A DNA stretch of 64,000 nt. Origin: Puniceicoccaceae bacterium. Its GTDB lineage: Bacteria; Verrucomicrobiota; Verrucomicrobiia; Opitutales; Oceanipulchritudinaceae. The stretch lies in contig JBFOMH010000004.1 in NCBI GenBank assembly GCA_040830765.1, forward strand, positions 1 through 64,000. The letters run 5' to 3'. The notes below the pieces were generated by a model. That model saw only the letters and a list, made by a program, of their open reading frames with translations, was not told where the DNA came from and made no database searches. Both the position numbers and the translations under genes were made by a program. Positions 60,721 to 64,000 of this stretch are shown in pieces (positions within the stretch are counted from its first letter, which is position 1; each line of letters begins with the position of its first letter).

Positions 60721-61809
60721 ATGGGCGCATTCCCCGAAAGTCGTCCAACCACATCCCCCGATACGAAGCAAGCAGCGCTGATATGCCCGGAAGATGTGGA
60801 TTGGATTTTTGACGTTGATACACTCCGTTCCGCCGGAGGGGAAACGTTGATGCGGCTACATGGATTGGAAGAGGCGCCGAAGGACTATCCCCACTATCCC
60901 TTTAACCTGAGCAACAGCTCTGCCGTCATCTGGGACCAGACGGTCCGGAAGCTTTCCATGGCAGCCGGGGAATCCCACCTCATCGTCACCGGGCACAGCC
61001 GCAGCGAGGCCCAGGACATTGTCTTCTATGCCCGCATCGCCGGATACCGTGAGGAAGGCCTGCCGCGGATTGCCGCCACTTTCCAGAAGATTGACCAATC
61101 GAGTTACCAGACGGTAGCCGACTCCACCCGTCAAAACTGGCTCTATCTCCTTCACGAGATCAAGAACCCGATCTCCATCCTCAAGACCGCCGAGGACCTG
61201 GAGTTCCAGAAGGCGACTGGTGGAGTGAGTCCCGAAGAGGCCTCCCAGACCCGGCTCTTTGCCATGGCCTGCCTCGAGGACCACCTGCGCAACGGGGTCT
61301 TCCTGGCCACTGAGGATTCACGGATGATCCCCAGTCACCCTGAGCCGCTTGACCTGAAGATCTTCCTCGACGATGTCCGCGCAACCTTCCAGACCCTCCT
61401 GCGCCTGCAGAATAACACACTGGAAGTGAAGCTGGATATCGACACCCACCAGGTTGCCCGGATCGACCGCACCCTGCTGGCCCAGCTGCTCAATAACCTT
61501 CTCCTGAACAAGATGAACGTCCTCCAGGGAGAGACCGTTGTCCTCGAGTGCTCCCTCGGCAGTTCGAGGCATGACGGAAGCGGGACCCACCTTGTCATCA
61601 CCATCGAGGACGAGGGACCGCCCTTCCCGGAATTTGTCCTCCACGGCGGTGAACAGGAAATCAACCTTGAGGGCCTCCTCCAAGTGCAGCGCAGCTCCGG
61701 TTTAGGCTTGCCGATTTGCCGAAGAATTGCCTCCGTAATGGGAGGAGAAATCAAGTTCTACAACGATGCGCCAAAAACCCGCATCCGTATCTGGTTGCCC
61801 CTTGAATAG
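60721..61809 (+). CDS. Atypical cytoplasmic histidine kinase
   Basis: H-box LHEIKNPI, N-box QLLNNLLLN, degenerate G1 box DEGPPF, no clear F-box, G2 box SSGLGL...MGG. Confidence 0.7.
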   Translation: MGAFPESRPTTSPDTKQAALICPEDVDWIFDVDTLRSAGGETLMRLHGLEEAPKDYPHYPFNLSNSSAVIWDQTVRKLSMAAGESHLIVTGHSRSEAQDIVFYARIAGYREEGLPRIAATFQKIDQSSYQTVADSTRQNWLYLLHEIKNPISILKTAEDLEFQKATGGVSPEEASQTRLFAMACLEDHLRNGVFLATEDSRMIPSHPEPLDLKIFLDDVRATFQTLLRLQNNTLEVKLDIDTHQVARIDRTLLAQLLNNLLLNKMNVLQGETVVLECSLGSSRHDGSGTHLVITIEDEGPPFPEFVLHGGEQEINLEGLLQVQRSSGLGLPICRRIASVMGGEIKFYNDAPKTRIRIWLPLE

Positions 61810-61864
61810 ATAACTTTCGCGACAATTCCTACAGACAGCAGCAGAAGTAGGACCATGAAGACAC

Positions 61865-61900
61865 AGCGCGCGGTCGGCAACGGCCGCGCGCTACTTCTTT
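61865..61900 (+). terminator. Rho-independent terminator-like hairpin
   Basis: 12-bp stem AGCGCGCGGTCG / CGGCCGCGCGCT with a GCAA (GNRA) loop, followed by ACTTCTTT. Confidence 0.65.
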
Positions 61901-61976
61901 GAATAGTTTGTCAATATGTCATCTCGACTTGCACGCCGAACCGAATTCCCCTAGGAACATTGGCGAAAACAGGTTC

Positions 61977-64000
61977 ATGAAGATCAGGAAACCCACACCC
62001 CCATTTGCTGTCCTCTCAGGATGCCTCATTCTGGCTATGGCCATGAGTGGATGCGGCAAGCGCCAAGCTGCGGAATTCGAGCCCGACCGCTGGGCCAACA
62101 TGCAGGAAGAGCAGCTGACCCGGAATTTGGAGAACTACTTCTCTTCCGGCAACCTGCCAGCCGGCCAGGAAAAAGCCTTCATTGTCTGGGCCTTTGAGAA
62201 GGATGCAGATACAGCGGAAGCCTATGTCCGCCAATATGCGAACACGGTTCCAAACCTGCCATGGTATCTCAGCGACGGGGCATGGGACTTGGTCAGGGAA
62301 AGAAAGGTGGAAACCAGTGGCCGGATGTTGTCCCTGGCCCGGGAGCTCTATCCCAATAATCCAGATGTTCTGGGCATTACAGGAATCATTGCCTACCTGC
62401 AGGGAAACCAGGAGCTCGCCCGGCGACTTCTTGAGGAGGCCGAGACCTGGCGCCGCAACCGGCCCATCGTCGACTTCTACCTCGGCGGATTACTGGTGCA
62501 GTCCGAATCGGCAGCGGACCGGTCCCGCGGCAAGGCAATCCTGATGAACCTCGTCAATGGTTCGGACACTGAGTTGAGGGAACTCGCCGGATTGACGGTA
62601 TTCAGCAACATCAATGTCCCCTTGATTCCGAAGGATCTCGATACCCTGTATACGACCCTTGAAGCAGATTCGGTTTTCACGCTCGGCAATTCAGACCTTC
62701 CGCCCGAAGCCCTGCGGATCATCATCAACCGCCTGGCCAACATTTATCCGGAGCGGGCCTTCGAGCTCGCGGAATTACTGCTGCAGTATCCGGAAACGAA
62801 TGTTGAAGACATGATGGGCGTTATCCAGATCGCCCAGTTGCTTGGCAGGGCAGAGGATTCAGGCAAATACCTCGACCAATTGCTGGCCAACGATGCCTTT
62901 GTGGAACAATTGGGCGAAGATCCGAGAATCCCACGCATCCAAGCCATACAGGCCTTCAAGGAAGAGGCATATGAAAACGGTCTGGAAGCATTGGCCGCGT
63001 TGGTTCAGGCCCAGGAAGCCGACGCTGCAGGCCTGCAGCAGACTTTCAAGGTTATCCTCATGCACGAGCTTCCCATCAGCACGGAAGAGGCAGTCATGCG
63101 GCTGTATATCCAGCTACCCGTCCAGAACGTGCGGGACTCGGTGGGGATACTGAACCGGCTAATGAACATTGCTCCGCTTGAAAAGGACCAGTGGACCGCG
63201 TACGCTATCGACCAACTCCTTGAGGAAAATCCCATCCTGGTCGGCGGATGGCTTGTTGACATGAAGGCCTCAGAATCTGTCATTAATGCCCTGGAGCCCC
63301 GTTCAACAAATTTGAGCCCGGACGAAGCGGTTGTGCTGGTCAATGCCTACATCGAAAAGGAGTCAACCGAAGAAGCAGAGGCCATCCTGGCGGCAACCAA
63401 AGGATTGATGGACCCGGTCATGGAGGTCTACCTGCGGTCCCGGGTACTCCTGCAAAAGGGTGATTTGGAGGAAGCCCTTGTCTTCTGGGAGGAAGCACAC
63501 CAGGGCGTCCTCGGGAGCAATCGCTTTCCCCTGATGAAAAACCTAGGGATCGTGGCCTTGCAGCTCGAGCAACCGGTCCACGCCATGCAATCCCTGTACA
63601 CCGCCTTTTCCGCCGGCATTCCTTTCAGTCCGGCCCAGGCGACCAAGCTGATTGAGTTAACTTTGGAGTATGGTACTCTCCGGCAAAGCATCCAGATCGC
63701 GGAGTATCTGGCCGCCCGCTTTCCCGATTCGCCAGTGCACAAGAACAACCTGGCTTACTTCAAATTCCTCTCCGAGGAAGGCGTGGATGAAGCGGTGGAA
63801 GTCATGCGCAAGGTGACAGAGGACTACCCTGATGTCCCGCAGTTCAAGCTCACGCTGGCACTCGGGCTGGTCAAGGCGGGGCGGACCAACGAGGCCAACC
63901 GCTTGCTCAAGGGAACGGACATCGACTGGGGAAAGACCTCCACCCGGGGGCTCTTGATTTACGCGGTGGTCCTGGCAGCTTCTGACCAGCGAACGGTTGC
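61977..64000 (+). CDS. TPR-repeat lipoprotein (partial; runs off the window and is absent from the ORF track)
   Basis: My translation begins MKIRKPTPPFAVLSGCLILAMAMSGCGK (lipobox-like MSGC) and contains TPR-like helices (ARELYPNNPDVLG; HKNNLAY; YPDVPQFKLTLALGLVKAGRTNEA). The start and the window end are in the same frame. Confidence 0.8.
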   Translation, partial: MKIRKPTPPFAVLSGCLILAMAMSGCGKRQAAEFEPDRWANMQEEQLTRNLENYFSSGNLPAGQEKAFIVWAFEKDADTAEAYVRQYANTVPNLPWYLSDGAWDLVRERKVETSGRMLSLARELYPNNPDVLGITGIIAYLQGNQELARRLLEEAETWRRNRPIVDFYLGGLLVQSESAADRSRGKAILMNLVNGSDTELRELAGLTVFSNINVPLIPKDLDTLYTTLEADSVFTLGNSDLPPEALRIIINRLANIYPERAFELAELLLQYPETNVEDMMGVIQIAQLLGRAEDSGKYLDQLLANDAFVEQLGEDPRIPRIQAIQAFKEEAYENGLEALAALVQAQEADAAGLQQTFKVILMHELPISTEEAVMRLYIQLPVQNVRDSVGILNRLMNIAPLEKDQWTAYAIDQLLEENPILVGGWLVDMKASESVINALEPRSTNLSPDEAVVLVNAYIEKESTEEAEAILAATKGLMDPVMEVYLRSRVLLQKGDLEEALVFWEEAHQGVLGSNRFPLMKNLGIVALQLEQPVHAMQSLYTAFSAGIPFSPAQATKLIELTLEYGTLRQSIQIAEYLAARFPDSPVHKNNLAYFKFLSEEGVDEAVEVMRKVTEDYPDVPQFKLTLALGLVKAGRTNEANRLLKGTDIDWGKTSTRGLLIYAVVLAASDQRTV

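Overview
A 64-kb stretch of GC-rich bacterial chromosome. Gene content and protein style suggest Verrucomicrobiota/Opitutales, which is an inference and not a database result. From left to right: (1) a surface-glycan locus with pseB-pseC-pseF-pseG-pseI, in which PseG is fused to a formyltransferase and no pseH is present, plus two orphan GT-B proteins, a Wzx flippase and a GT2; (2) housekeeping genes (xseA, mgtE, rrf2/glnD/GAF kinase, HNH nuclease, pyk, an inverted-domain photolyase, hemL, mutL, proS, aroF, purU, carB); (3) a TolC-MFP-ABC exporter, a DEAD-box helicase, gluQ, a standalone 5'-3' exonuclease and hisEG; (4) a tight three-gene operon encoding an OmpR response regulator, YceH and an O6-alkylguanine-DNA alkyltransferase (Ogt) fused to an intact histidine kinase; (5) tatA, cdd, an AI-2E transporter and a DUF4838 protein; (6) a second glycan-initiation region (PglC-like, CapD/PglF-like, WecA), an atypical kinase and a TPR lipoprotein that runs off the right edge. 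The Ogt-kinase operon is the most striking candidate for an undescribed system: a two-component pathway that could sense DNA alkylation damage. I saw no rRNA, tRNA, CRISPR array or transposase. Starts were adjusted by eye from the ORF track and some are uncertain.
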